DNA of 32,000 nucleotides, from NCBI RefSeq assembly GCF_000015585.1, contig NC_008789.1, forward strand, positions 1,440,001-1,472,000. Direction: 5' to 3'. The translations under genes were made by a program, and so were the position numbers. A model generated the notes under the pieces. That model was not told the origin of the DNA. It saw only the letters and a program-made list of their open reading frames with translations, and searched no databases. Shown one piece after another: positions 1 through 9,148 of this stretch (its first letter is position 1; the number at the start of each line of letters is the position of its first letter). This DNA comes from Halorhodospira halophila SL1. Lineage in GTDB: Bacteria > Pseudomonadota > Gammaproteobacteria > Nitrococcales > Halorhodospiraceae.

Positions 1-996
1 GAACGCCATGGAGTGGAAGTCATCCACGATCGCGCCGAGGAGTTGGACCTGGCCGGGAAGCGGGTCCTCCCTCGCAACCACGATCCCATTCGCTACGATC
101 GTCTGGTGGTGGCCCCCGGGATCGACTTCGACTGGGAACGAATCGAGGGCATCGACCAGGACGATACCGAACAGATCCCGCACGCCTGGGAGGGCGGGCG
201 ACCCTTCCGGATCCTGCGGGAACAGATCAAGGCCATGGACGACGGCGGCACCGTCATTGTCTGCCCGCCAGAGGACCCCTTCCGCTGCCCGCCGGGGCCC
301 TACGAGCGCATGGCACTGATCGCCCATTACCTCAAGTCCCACAAGCCGCGCGCCAAGGTCCTGGGGCTCGACCCGAAAGACAGCTTCTCGAAGCAGAGTC
401 TGTTCAAGCAGGGCTGGGAGGAGCTCTACGGCGATATGATCGAGTGGGTCCCCGGCTCCGAGGGCGGCGCCCCGGAGCGGCTTTCGGTGTCGGATCGCAA
501 GGTCTTCACCGACGGGGGTGCCCAGGCACACCGGGGTGACGTCATCAACTTCATCCCGCCGCAGAGAGCCGGCGCGATCGCCTGGAAGGCCGATCTGGTG
601 GATGACAGTGGCTGGTGCCCGGTGGATCAGGAGACCTTCAGGTCCCAAAAGCACGACGACGTCTACGTGATCGGCGACGCGGCCATCGCCGGGGCCATGC
701 CCAAGTCGGCCCACAGCGCCAACAATCAGGGCAAACTGGTCGCCGCCACCATCGTCGGCGAACTCACCGGCGAACCAACTCCCGATTTCCCCACGGTCAA
801 CACCTGCTACAGCCTGGTCTCGCCGGAGTGGGCCTTCACCATCGCGGCGGTGTTCGAACACCGGGACGGCGAGATCCGGGAGGTTGAGGGTTCCGGTGGG
901 CTCAGCCCGGAAGACGAGGACCAGGACTTCCGACAGATCGAGGCCATCTACGCCCCTGGGTGGTACGAGTCGATCACCAAGGACATGTTCGGATAG
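1..996 (+). CDS. fccB: Flavocytochrome c sulfide dehydrogenase flavoprotein subunit (FccB), 3' portion; the 5' end is off-window
   Basis: Frame 1 is open from base 1 (ERHGVEVIHD...), so the tracked GTG at 13 is internal. The C-terminal half matches the FCSD flavin-binding domain as I recall it from Allochromatium FccB: WCPVD, VIGDAAI..MPKSAHSANNQGK, NTCYSLV, and the terminal GWYESITKDMFG. TAG stop at 994-996. Confidence 0.88.
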   Translation, partial: ERHGVEVIHDRAEELDLAGKRVLPRNHDPIRYDRLVVAPGIDFDWERIEGIDQDDTEQIPHAWEGGRPFRILREQIKAMDDGGTVIVCPPEDPFRCPPGPYERMALIAHYLKSHKPRAKVLGLDPKDSFSKQSLFKQGWEELYGDMIEWVPGSEGGAPERLSVSDRKVFTDGGAQAHRGDVINFIPPQRAGAIAWKADLVDDSGWCPVDQETFRSQKHDDVYVIGDAAIAGAMPKSAHSANNQGKLVAATIVGELTGEPTPDFPTVNTCYSLVSPEWAFTIAAVFEHRDGEIREVEGSGGLSPEDEDQDFRQIEAIYAPGWYESITKDMFG

Positions 997-1059
997 CGGA
1001 TTGGTGCCCGGCCACGCTAGAGTGGCCCGCAACCACACGCGGAAAGGACTCATTCAGCG

Positions 1060-3150
1060 ATGTTGCGCCTGCTCAAGTGGCTCCTGCTGATCCTCCTCGC
1101 CCTGATCGTGACCCTGGGCGTCGCCATCGCCGTGGTGGCTACGGTGATCGACCCCAACGACTACCGCGACGACCTGGCCGAACTCGCCGAGCGCGAGTTG
1201 GGCCGGGAGCTCGAGATCGAGGGCGAGATCGAGTGGTCGTTCTTCCCCTGGCTGGGTATCGAGATCGGACGCGTCACCCTGGCCGACGCCGAGGGCTACT
1301 ACGACGAGCCGTTTGTCGAAATCGACCGGCTGTCGGCGGCGGTACAGGTCTGGCCCCTACTGCGCGGCGAGCTGCATACCCGCGCCGTCGAGCTCGAGCG
1401 CCCGATCGTACGCCTGATGCGCGACGAGGATGGCCGGGACAACTGGGCGGACCTGGCCGAACGGTTCGCCGCCGCTGAGGACGAGCACGAAGACGACACC
1501 GCGGCGCAGGAATCCGCGGACTCCGAAAGCCCGGCGCAGGACAGCCCTGCCGATCTCGAGGCCCTCGGCGGGATCGTGATTGGCGGACTGCGGCTGCATG
1601 AAGGAGCCGTCTACTGGGAGGACCGCAGCGAAGACCGGCAGATCCAGCTGGACCCGCTGAACCTGGAGGTGGACACTCTGCGCCTGGACGAGCCGGTGGG
1701 CGTGCGCGCCGACGTGCTCGTCGGCGACGAAGAGCGCGTGGCTTTCTCCGGCGAGGCCCGCCTGAGTCAGACCGACGCCGGCCCGGAGATAGCAGCCAGC
1801 TGGACTCTGGATCCCCTCGACCCCAAGGGCCTGCTCCAGGCCCTCGGTGAGGAGCCGCCCGAGACCACGGACCCCGAGGTCATGCGCAGCCTCAGCGGCT
1901 CCGGAACCATCGATGCCACGGCGGAGCGCATCGACGTCACGCGCCTCATCCTCGACCTCGACGACAGCCGCGTCGAGGCTCAGGCGGCCATCGAGCCTGA
2001 GCAGCCAACCATCGAGTTCGCCGCACAGCTCGATCGGATCGACCTCGACGGCTATCTGCCGCCGGAGGCCGCCGAGGGAGAAGCCAATGGCAATGGCAAC
2101 GGCGAAACGGCCACTGCGAACGATAACGGCGGACCGGAGGGCCTCGGCGACCTGCGCGAGGTGGCGCTGGACTTTCCCCTGGAGCCGCTGCGGCCACTGA
2201 TCCTGGATGGCCGAGTTGGCATCGGCGAGCTCCGCGCCGCCGACCTGACAGTCACCGACTTCGAAGCCCTGCTGAGCGGTGCTGATGGGGAGCTCGGCGC
2301 CGAGTCCCTGCAAGCGCACCTCTACGAGGGCGAGCTGGCCGGTCATGCGTGGCTCGACGCCCGCGATGACGACCCCGCCTTCGATGTGGCCGCCTCGCTG
2401 GAGGGTGTGGCGTTCGCCCCGCTGCTCGAGGATCTGCTGGGCCGCGACTGGCTCCACGGCACGGGTCAGTTCCACTTCGAGGGCAGCGGCGGTGGCCCCC
2501 ACCTCCACGGGCTGATCGAGGATTTCGACGGCTCGGGGCACATCGCCGCCGAAGACGGCAATCTGCTCGGCCTCAACATTCCCCACAAGATCCGCGAGGC
2601 CGCGGCGCAACTGCGCCGGGAGGATTCCCCCGAGCCGCCCGGCGATGCGGAACGGACGGACTTCTCCGACCTGACCGCCAGCTTCACCCTCGAGGATGGC
2701 GTCGCCCGCAACGACGACCTGCTGCTCGAGTCCCCCCTGCTCGATGCCACCGGGGAGGGCTCGGCGGACATCCTCGCCGAGGAGATCGACTACCGGGTGC
2801 GGGCGACGTTCCCCGATGGGTTGTCGGAAGATGATGCGCCGCTCCTGTATCACCTTGCCGGAGCCACGGTACCGCTGGAGATCTCCGGCTTCCTGTTCGA
2901 CCCGGACATCCGACTCGACCTCGCCGCTGCACTGGGTGAAGAGCGCCTGGAACGCCTCGGCGCGGCTCGCGAAGAGTTTGACGAGCGTGTGGACGAGGAG
3001 CGCGAGCGCCTGGAACAGAAGGCTCAGCAGGAACGGGAGCGCCTCGAACAGGAGGCCAAGCAGGAACGGGAGCGGCTCGAACGAGAGGCTCAAGAGCAGC
3101 GGGACGACGCTGAACGGCGCCTCCGCGAGGAGCTGGAGAGTTTCTTCTAG
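1060..3150 (+). CDS. asmA: AsmA-family outer-membrane biogenesis protein
   Basis: ATG at 1060 with GGAAAGGA upstream. N-terminal membrane anchor MLRLLKWLLLILLALIVTLGVAIAVVA is followed by DPNDYRDDL...LEIEGEIEWSFFPWLGIEIGRVTL, the typical AsmA N-terminal signature. The long acidic beta-rich body and the DAxGEGSADIL..EIDYRV C-terminal AsmA_2-like segment also fit. High GC3 coding pattern. Confidence 0.85.
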   Translation: MLRLLKWLLLILLALIVTLGVAIAVVATVIDPNDYRDDLAELAERELGRELEIEGEIEWSFFPWLGIEIGRVTLADAEGYYDEPFVEIDRLSAAVQVWPLLRGELHTRAVELERPIVRLMRDEDGRDNWADLAERFAAAEDEHEDDTAAQESADSESPAQDSPADLEALGGIVIGGLRLHEGAVYWEDRSEDRQIQLDPLNLEVDTLRLDEPVGVRADVLVGDEERVAFSGEARLSQTDAGPEIAASWTLDPLDPKGLLQALGEEPPETTDPEVMRSLSGSGTIDATAERIDVTRLILDLDDSRVEAQAAIEPEQPTIEFAAQLDRIDLDGYLPPEAAEGEANGNGNGETATANDNGGPEGLGDLREVALDFPLEPLRPLILDGRVGIGELRAADLTVTDFEALLSGADGELGAESLQAHLYEGELAGHAWLDARDDDPAFDVAASLEGVAFAPLLEDLLGRDWLHGTGQFHFEGSGGGPHLHGLIEDFDGSGHIAAEDGNLLGLNIPHKIREAAAQLRREDSPEPPGDAERTDFSDLTASFTLEDGVARNDDLLLESPLLDATGEGSADILAEEIDYRVRATFPDGLSEDDAPLLYHLAGATVPLEISGFLFDPDIRLDLAAALGEERLERLGAAREEFDERVDEERERLEQKAQQERERLEQEAKQERERLEREAQEQRDDAERRLREELESFF
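2998..3096 (+). repeat. Three tandem 33-nt (11-codon) repeats encoding a charged coiled-coil tail of AsmA
   Basis: Units lie at 2998-3030, 3031-3063 and 3064-3096. They encode ERERLEQKAQQ / ERERLEQEAKQ / ERERLEREAQE and are in frame within the asmA ORF. Confidence 0.8.
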
Positions 3151-3164
3151 CAGGGAGCAGCTGC

Positions 3165-3557
3165 ATGGGCACACTCATCTTCGGCCGCCAGGACCTGGAA
3201 AATCGGCTCGCCGCGATGACCCCGGAGGAGATCGACGACCTCCCCTTCGGGGTCATCCAGATCGACCAGCACGGGCGCATCCTGCTCTACAACGCCACGG
3301 AGGGTGCGATCACCGGTCGTGATCCAGAGGCGATGATCGGCCGGGACTTCTTCAACGACGTCGCACCGTGCGGGCACACGGAGGCCTTTTACGGCCGGTT
3401 CCAGGAGGGTGTCCGGCACGGTGACCTCAACGAGATCTTCGACTACACCTTCGATTACCGCATGGCGCCGACGAAGGTGCGGGTGCACATGAAGCGGGCG
3501 CTCAGCGGAGATACCTACTGGATCTTCGTCAAACGGATCAGCGCCCCGGCAGCCTGA
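3165..3557 (+). CDS. pyp: Photoactive yellow protein (PYP) homologue, stand-alone, 130 aa
   Basis: ATG at 3165 with GGGAG 7 nt upstream, 14 nt after the asmA stop. It aligns end to end with Halorhodospira halophila PYP as I recall it: FG.IQ.D..G.IL.YN..EG.ITGRDP...IG..FF.DVAPC....FYG.F.EGV..G.L...F.YTFDY.M.PTKV.VHMK.ALSGD.YW.FVKR. By my count Tyr42, Glu46, Thr50, Arg52 and Cys69 (TGC 3369-3371) keep identical numbering. Confidence 0.9.
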   Translation: MGTLIFGRQDLENRLAAMTPEEIDDLPFGVIQIDQHGRILLYNATEGAITGRDPEAMIGRDFFNDVAPCGHTEAFYGRFQEGVRHGDLNEIFDYTFDYRMAPTKVRVHMKRALSGDTYWIFVKRISAPAA

Positions 3558-3604
3558 TGGCGGCGGCTACCACGGCCTTTTGCTGCTCGGCGCAGCACTG
3601 GGCG

Positions 3605-3634
3605 TGGCACATAGCAGGCGGGCTCGGGGATAAT
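3605..3634 (+). promoter_or_regulatory. Weak candidate promoter ahead of the acidic ORF
   Basis: GATAAT -10-like hexamer at 3629-3634 in one of the few AT-richer patches. A weak sigma54-like GG-N10-GC (GTGGCACATAGCAGGCG, GG 3606-3607, GC 3618-3619) overlaps it, but its -12 element is poor. Sequence inspection only. Confidence 0.25.
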
Positions 3635-3684
3635 AGGGGCTCGCCTAAGCCGATCGGGCGCACGCCCAAGCCAGAGGGAGCCGC

Positions 3685-3930
3685 ATGAGCGAAGAGACCC
3701 CCAGACTCAACACCGACCTTGCCAGACAGGTGCAGGCCCTCGGCCTCGAAGCCGTCGATCACCAGGACGACGAACCGATGGCCACGGTGGAGGCGCTGAT
3801 GCTCGGGACCCTGTCGTTCGCGCGGAACTACATGAGCGGCGCGGACCTGGCCGACTACCTCCGCTTTGTCGCCGAGCACGTCGAGCGAGCCGACGACGAA
3901 GCCGGAGATGATTGGGACGACGAGGCGTAA
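3685..3930 (+). CDS. Small highly acidic hypothetical protein (81 aa)
   Basis: ATG at 3685 preceded by AGAGGGAG. Strong G/C preference at third codon positions, unlike the overlapping Arg/Gly/Pro-rich antisense ORFs. The C-terminus ERADDEAGDDWDDEA is extremely acidic. I recognise no family. Confidence 0.6.
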   Translation: MSEETPRLNTDLARQVQALGLEAVDHQDDEPMATVEALMLGTLSFARNYMSGADLADYLRFVAEHVERADDEAGDDWDDEA

Positions 3931-3935
3931 CCACG

Positions 3936-3964
3936 CCGGCCCCGGGGACAGCACCCGGGGCCGG
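3936..3964. terminator. Perfect 11-bp GC hairpin between convergent genes (possible bidirectional terminator or RNA stabiliser)
   Basis: CCGGCCCCGGG (3936-3946), loop GACAGCA (3947-3953), CCCGGGGCCGG (3954-3964). It sits between the acidic ORF stop (3928-3930) and the minus-strand lipoprotein stop (3973-3975). There is no U-tract on either strand. Confidence 0.45.
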
Positions 3965-3972
3965 ATGCCGGA

Positions 3973-4458
3973 CTATTCGCTGGCCATGCGCTCGAGGGCA
4001 TCGAGCGCCTGTTGATCCCCCCCGACAAAAAACCGCACCTCGCCGTCCGTATCGCGGTAGAAGACGGTGGGGACGCTGCGCACGCCCAAATCCTGAGCGA
4101 GCTGCATGTTGGCCTGGACGGCATCGTAGCCATCGATGTCTTTCTCGTCCTCGATCATCGCCGCCGCATCCGCCTGGGCGCCCGAACCGAGGAAACCGAC
4201 CGGCACCCACCGCCACTCCACACTCGGCGTGGCGCCGTTCTCCACGGCATTCTTGAGGTTGGTACACGCCGGGCAGTGCGGGTCCTTGACAGCGTAGACC
4301 CGGAAGTCACTCTCCCCGTGAGTGATGTAGTGACTATCGGCCAGCTGATCGAAGACGTCCGCCTTCGCGGACTCCCCCGGCGTGCCGTCGGAACAGCCGA
4401 CCATCAACAGCGCACCGCCCAGCAGGCCCAGGATCCCCTGACGCATCGCTCGACTCAT
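3973..4458 (-). CDS. Thioredoxin-fold thiol:disulfide interchange lipoprotein (DsbC/DsbG C-terminal-domain-like)
   Basis: Lipoprotein signal MSRAMRQGILGLLGGALLMVGC with a lipobox; CxxC motif CPAC; C-terminal GVRSVPTVFYRD.DGE...GG typical of the DsbC/G thioredoxin domain. GAGGGAG lies upstream of the ATG at 4458. Confidence 0.8.
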   Translation of the reverse strand: MSRAMRQGILGLLGGALLMVGCSDGTPGESAKADVFDQLADSHYITHGESDFRVYAVKDPHCPACTNLKNAVENGATPSVEWRWVPVGFLGSGAQADAAAMIEDEKDIDGYDAVQANMQLAQDLGVRSVPTVFYRDTDGEVRFFVGGDQQALDALERMASE

Positions 4459-4540
4459 TGATCGCTCACTCCCTCATCCGCGGTGTCTATCAAACGGCTG
4501 GCCACGCCGCGTCATGGGCAGCCCACTCCTGGCACCTAGT

Positions 4541-4924
4541 TCAGTGCTCCACCCCGGGCAACACAGCGTTGAGCAATTGCCCGGCACGCTCATGACCCGC
4601 CTCCGCTGCGCGTTCCCAAAGCTCGGCGGTGCGCTCCATATCCGGATCCATGGTATGGCCCTCCAGATACATCCAGCCTAGCTGAACCTTGGCCTCGGCA
4701 TCCCCCTGATCGGCCAGATCTTGAAAGGCGTCATAGGCGGCGTCCAGATCGCCCTCCTCATGGAGTTCAAAGGCCTTGTTGAGGGCTTGATCGGCCTCGC
4801 TCAGCTCCTCGTCCTCGTCGGAGACCTCTGCCGACTCCTCGCCGAAAGCCCCTCCGGACCATCCGGCCACCCCGAGGACCAGGACAGCGGCCAGGCAGAA
4901 GCGTTGGTTGCGTTTCAGCTGCAT
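4541..4924 (-). CDS. Secreted Sel1/TPR-like repeat protein (127 aa)
   Basis: The tracked 240-aa ORF has an implausible Arg/Pro/Ser-rich N-terminus. The internal ATG at 4924 gives MQLKRNQRFCLAAVLVLGVAGWSGGAFG (signal peptide). An acidic linker and the Sel1-like GDAEAKVQLGWMYLEGHTMD...A..W..AAEAGH follow. Confidence 0.75.
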   Translation of the reverse strand: MQLKRNQRFCLAAVLVLGVAGWSGGAFGEESAEVSDEDEELSEADQALNKAFELHEEGDLDAAYDAFQDLADQGDAEAKVQLGWMYLEGHTMDPDMERTAELWERAAEAGHERAGQLLNAVLPGVEH

Positions 4925-5093
4925 GGGTCTTCTCCGGAGATCATCTGGAAAGCCGCAGCGTAACGCAGGATCGACTCGCTGTCGCACCGCGACGATGCGA
5001 TCGGCACCAAGAAGGGGCGCGCGCGTTATCATAGACGATTTGTATGACACCCTACGCACGTTCCAAAGTCGGCATGGAGGCAAGACGGCGAAC

Positions 5094-5474
5094 ATGCTTG
5101 AGATCCCGCCACGGCAGATCCTCCAGGCCCTGGGCGAGGGCGTGATCGGTGTTGATTGCCAGGGGCTACTGACCTTTCTCAATCCGGCCGCGCTGCGGCT
5201 GTTCGGGTTCCCCGACGAGGCCAGTGTCATCGGCGAGTCGGCCCACGCCCTGACCCACCACACGCACCCCGATGGCCGTCCTTACCCGGAACAGGACTGC
5301 CCCATCTACCAGGTCCTCGAGACCGGCGAGCCCCTGGAAGCGTGGCAGGACCACGTCTGGCGCAGCGACGGCAGCGGTTTCCCCGTCCAGGTCTACGCCA
5401 ACCCACTGCGGGATGACCAGGGCGCGCTCACCGGTGCTGCAGCGGGGCCTGCGCCTCAACTGGCAGCTGGATGA
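5094..5474 (+). CDS. PAS-domain-only ORF (N-terminal remnant or part of a hybrid sensor kinase)
   Basis: ATG at 5094 gives MLEIPPRQILQALGEGVIGVDCQGLLTFLNPAALRLFG...HHTHPDGRPYPEQDCPIYQVLETGEP...WRSDGSGFPVQVYANPLRDDQGALTG, a complete PAS fold. The frame then runs into non-homologous AAAGPAPQLAAG and a TGA at 5472-5474. Confidence 0.6.
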   Translation: MLEIPPRQILQALGEGVIGVDCQGLLTFLNPAALRLFGFPDEASVIGESAHALTHHTHPDGRPYPEQDCPIYQVLETGEPLEAWQDHVWRSDGSGFPVQVYANPLRDDQGALTGAAAGPAPQLAAG

Positions 5475-6294
5475 ACGCCTGCCCGAGCATGTGTACGCCG
5501 ACCCCACCCGTCTCGGACAGATCCTCGCCAATCTCGTCGGCAACGCCATCAAGTTCACAGAGCACGGATCCGTCGACGTTCACATCACGCCCCAGCACGA
5601 TCAGCGCATCTCCTTCCGGGTGGCCGACACCGGCCCGGGGATCCCTGAATCCATCCGCGCCACCATCTTCGAACCGTTCGCCCGCGGCGATCAGGGGGTG
5701 CCGCAAACCCCGGGGACCGGGCTTGGCCTGGCGATCTGCCGGGAACTCGTCGGACTCATGGGGGGTCGGATCGACGTAGAGAGCGCCGAAGGCCGCGGGA
5801 CGACCTTCAGCTTCACGGTCGAACTGCCCGCATGTGACGCCATCGTGCCAGCGGCGGTCGACACGGATCGCCCCCGGACACCGAGCCGCCCGGGAGCGCA
5901 CCACGATACGCCGCAGGCCATCCTCGCTGAGGACGAGCCAACCAACGCCCTGCTGCTCAGCACGTTGCTTGAGCGCGCGGGGTGGGCCGTAACCACCGTG
6001 ACCGACGGCGCCGAGGCCGTCGAGGCCTGGCAAGAGGCGCAACCGGAGCTGATGATCCTGGACATGCAGATGCCTCACACCAACGGCGATCAGGCGGCAG
6101 CACGAATCCGCAGCCTGGAGCAGCAGCACCGGGTACCGCGCACGCCCATCGTCATGCTCACCGCCCACGCCCTGGACGATGTCCGCGAGCGCGCGCGGCA
6201 GGCCGGCTGTGACCACTACCTGACCAAGCCGGTGGCACCGGAGGATCTGTATTCGGTACTGGACTGGGCCCAGGGCGGCGACGGGTCGCCATGA
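5434..6294 (+). CDS. HATPase_c + receiver (REC) protein with no DHp/HisKA domain (C-terminal part of a hybrid kinase; possibly a pseudogene fragment)
   Basis: Frame 1 from the GTG at 5434 reads VLQRGLRLNWQLDERLPEHVYADPTRLGQILANLVGNAIKFT (N box). G1 DTGPGI, F FEPF and G2 GTGLGLAI follow, then a REC domain (ILAEDEP, ILDMQMP, MLTAH, LTKP). The upstream part of the tracked ORF (5272-5433) is nonsense overlapping the PAS frame. The stop overlaps the next gene's ATG (ATGA at 6291-6294). Confidence 0.6.
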   Translation: MLQRGLRLNWQLDERLPEHVYADPTRLGQILANLVGNAIKFTEHGSVDVHITPQHDQRISFRVADTGPGIPESIRATIFEPFARGDQGVPQTPGTGLGLAICRELVGLMGGRIDVESAEGRGTTFSFTVELPACDAIVPAAVDTDRPRTPSRPGAHHDTPQAILAEDEPTNALLLSTLLERAGWAVTTVTDGAEAVEAWQEAQPELMILDMQMPHTNGDQAAARIRSLEQQHRVPRTPIVMLTAHALDDVRERARQAGCDHYLTKPVAPEDLYSVLDWAQGGDGSP

Positions 6295-7774
6295 GGCGCT
6301 GGCCGTCCGTCGCAGCCGGGCTGCGCAACCCGCTCGGCCCTGCCAAATCCCTGCTGCGACTGCTCCTGACCGGTTTCGCCGTGGTCGCGGCACCGCTGAT
6401 CCTGGCGCTGGCCATCGCCGCCTGGTCCGTGGACCGTCTGGCCAGCGACAGCCAGATCGCCATCTACGAGGCCGTCGGCGTCACCGAGAACAGCGCCCAC
6501 ATGGCCCGCGTGGCCATGGACATCGAGCGCGCCGCCCGCCGCTACGCCACCCATAACGACCCGACCGCGCTTCAGGAGTACCGCCACTGGCGCCGTGAAC
6601 TGGCCGCCGCCGGCGCCCCACCGGGCGCATTCGGCCCCGAGGAGGCCACCTGGCTCCATCAGGGGCTGCGGGTCATCGAGTCCACGCTACTGACCACCCT
6701 GCACCTGCTCGGGCCGGACCGTCCCGAGACCGCCATGCGGGTCCCGGAGCTGAGCCTGGCGCTACACCGTTCCGTGGCGAGCATCTCGGCGGCGGGCTAC
6801 CGGCGTATCGACGAGGAGGTTGAGCAGGTCCAGGCCTTCTCCGATCGGGCCCACCAGATCTTTGTCTGGCACCTTCTCGCCGCGGTGCCGATCACGCTGG
6901 CCTTTACCTTCTACTTCGCCGGACGCATCCACCGACCGATCCAGGCCCTCGGGGACAGCATCCGCCGCCTGGGAACAGCGGATTTCGAACGCCCCGTGGA
7001 GATCCGCGGCCCCCGGGATCTGGAGAACCTCGGCGGCGAGCTGGACGATCTGCGCCGACAACTGGCTGACCTGCAGAACCAGCGCCAGCGGCTGCTGCGC
7101 CACTTCTCCCACGAACTCAAGACCCCGTTGGCCGCCGTCCTGGAAGGCGCCGAACTCCTCCGGGACCCGGCCTTCAACGGGGACCCGCAACGGCGCGAGG
7201 AGATCGCCGACATCGTCCGCGAGAACGGCCATGAACTGCGCCGCCAGATCGACAACCTCCTGCGCTTCGCGCGCCACGGCGAGGCCCTGGCCCGCCCTGC
7301 CCGCTTCGCCCGCCTGGACCTGTCCGCACTGGTGCACGAAGTGGCCGAGCGACACCAGCTGACGGCCCAGCGCCGCGGCATCGAGATACGCACCCACCTG
7401 GAACCGGCGGAGATCGAGGGTGACCGCGAGCTGATGGCCACCGTAGTCGACAACCTGCTCTCGAACGCCCTGCGTTTCTCTCCGGAAAACCGGCCCATCG
7501 ATCTGCACCTGCGCGGTGACGACCACGGGGTGATCCTCGAAGTGCAGGACCGCGGCCAGGGCATCCCCGAGCACGAGCGTTCCCTGATCTTCGAGCCCTT
7601 CCGTCAGGGCGCGACCAGCGGCAGCGGCTCCGTAAAGGGCAGCGGGTTGGGCCTGTCCCTGGTCCACGAGTGCCTGAATGCCCACAACGGTACGATCCAC
7701 GCACAGACGCGATCCGACGGCCCCGGGGCGAACATGCGCGTGTGGCTACCCACCGATACCCAGCGAGCCAACGT

Positions 7775-7778
<4 letters not shown>
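6291..7778 (+). CDS. glrK: Sensor histidine kinase, GlrK/QseE-like (TM-periplasmic-TM-HAMP-HisKA-HATPase)
   Basis: The N-terminus MRRWP..., the ERAARRYATHNDPTAL segment, the H-box QRQRLLRHFSHELKTPLAAV and VKGSGLGLSLV all parallel E. coli GlrK as I recall it. ATGA overlaps occur at both ends (6291-6294 and 7775-7778). The symbol is assigned by similarity only. Confidence 0.82.

Positions 7779-9144
<1,366 letters not shown>

Positions 9145-9148
<4 letters not shown>

Noticed and set aside
1010-1027. Short hairpin GGCCAC-GCTAGA-GTGGCC after fccB considered as a terminator.
   Set aside because: The stem is only 6 bp with no U-tract, and asmA follows 33 nt later. The evidence is too weak to call.
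1357-3174. 605-aa ORF antisense to asmA. Similar long antisense or shadow ORFs occur at 14010-15713 (+), 17714-19249 (+), 18631-20256 (+), 22986-24452 (+), 26341-27639 (-), 29724-31346 (+) and 5428-6393 (-).
   Set aside because: Their translations are Arg/Gly/Pro/Ala-rich low-complexity strings with no recognisable motifs. Each lies opposite a gene with clear family signatures and GC3 bias. Long stop-free antisense frames are expected in very GC-rich DNA.
4526-4548. TGGCAC at about 4530 (CTGGCACCTAGTTCAGTGC) considered as a sigma54 -24 element.
   Set aside because: No GC/TTGC -12 element lies at the required 10-nt spacing. It overlaps the 3' end of the Sel1-like gene on the opposite strand and is followed by no plus-strand gene.
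4925-5263. N-terminal extensions in the ORF track. Examples are 4541-5263, 9145-10545, 14205-15614, 17393-18778, 20203-21219, 21764-22930, 22848-24041 and 29631-30815.
   Set aside because: The extensions are compositionally aberrant and overlap upstream genes extensively. Internal ATG/GTG codons with SD sequences or ATGA/GTGA stop-start overlaps give N-termini that match family consensus.
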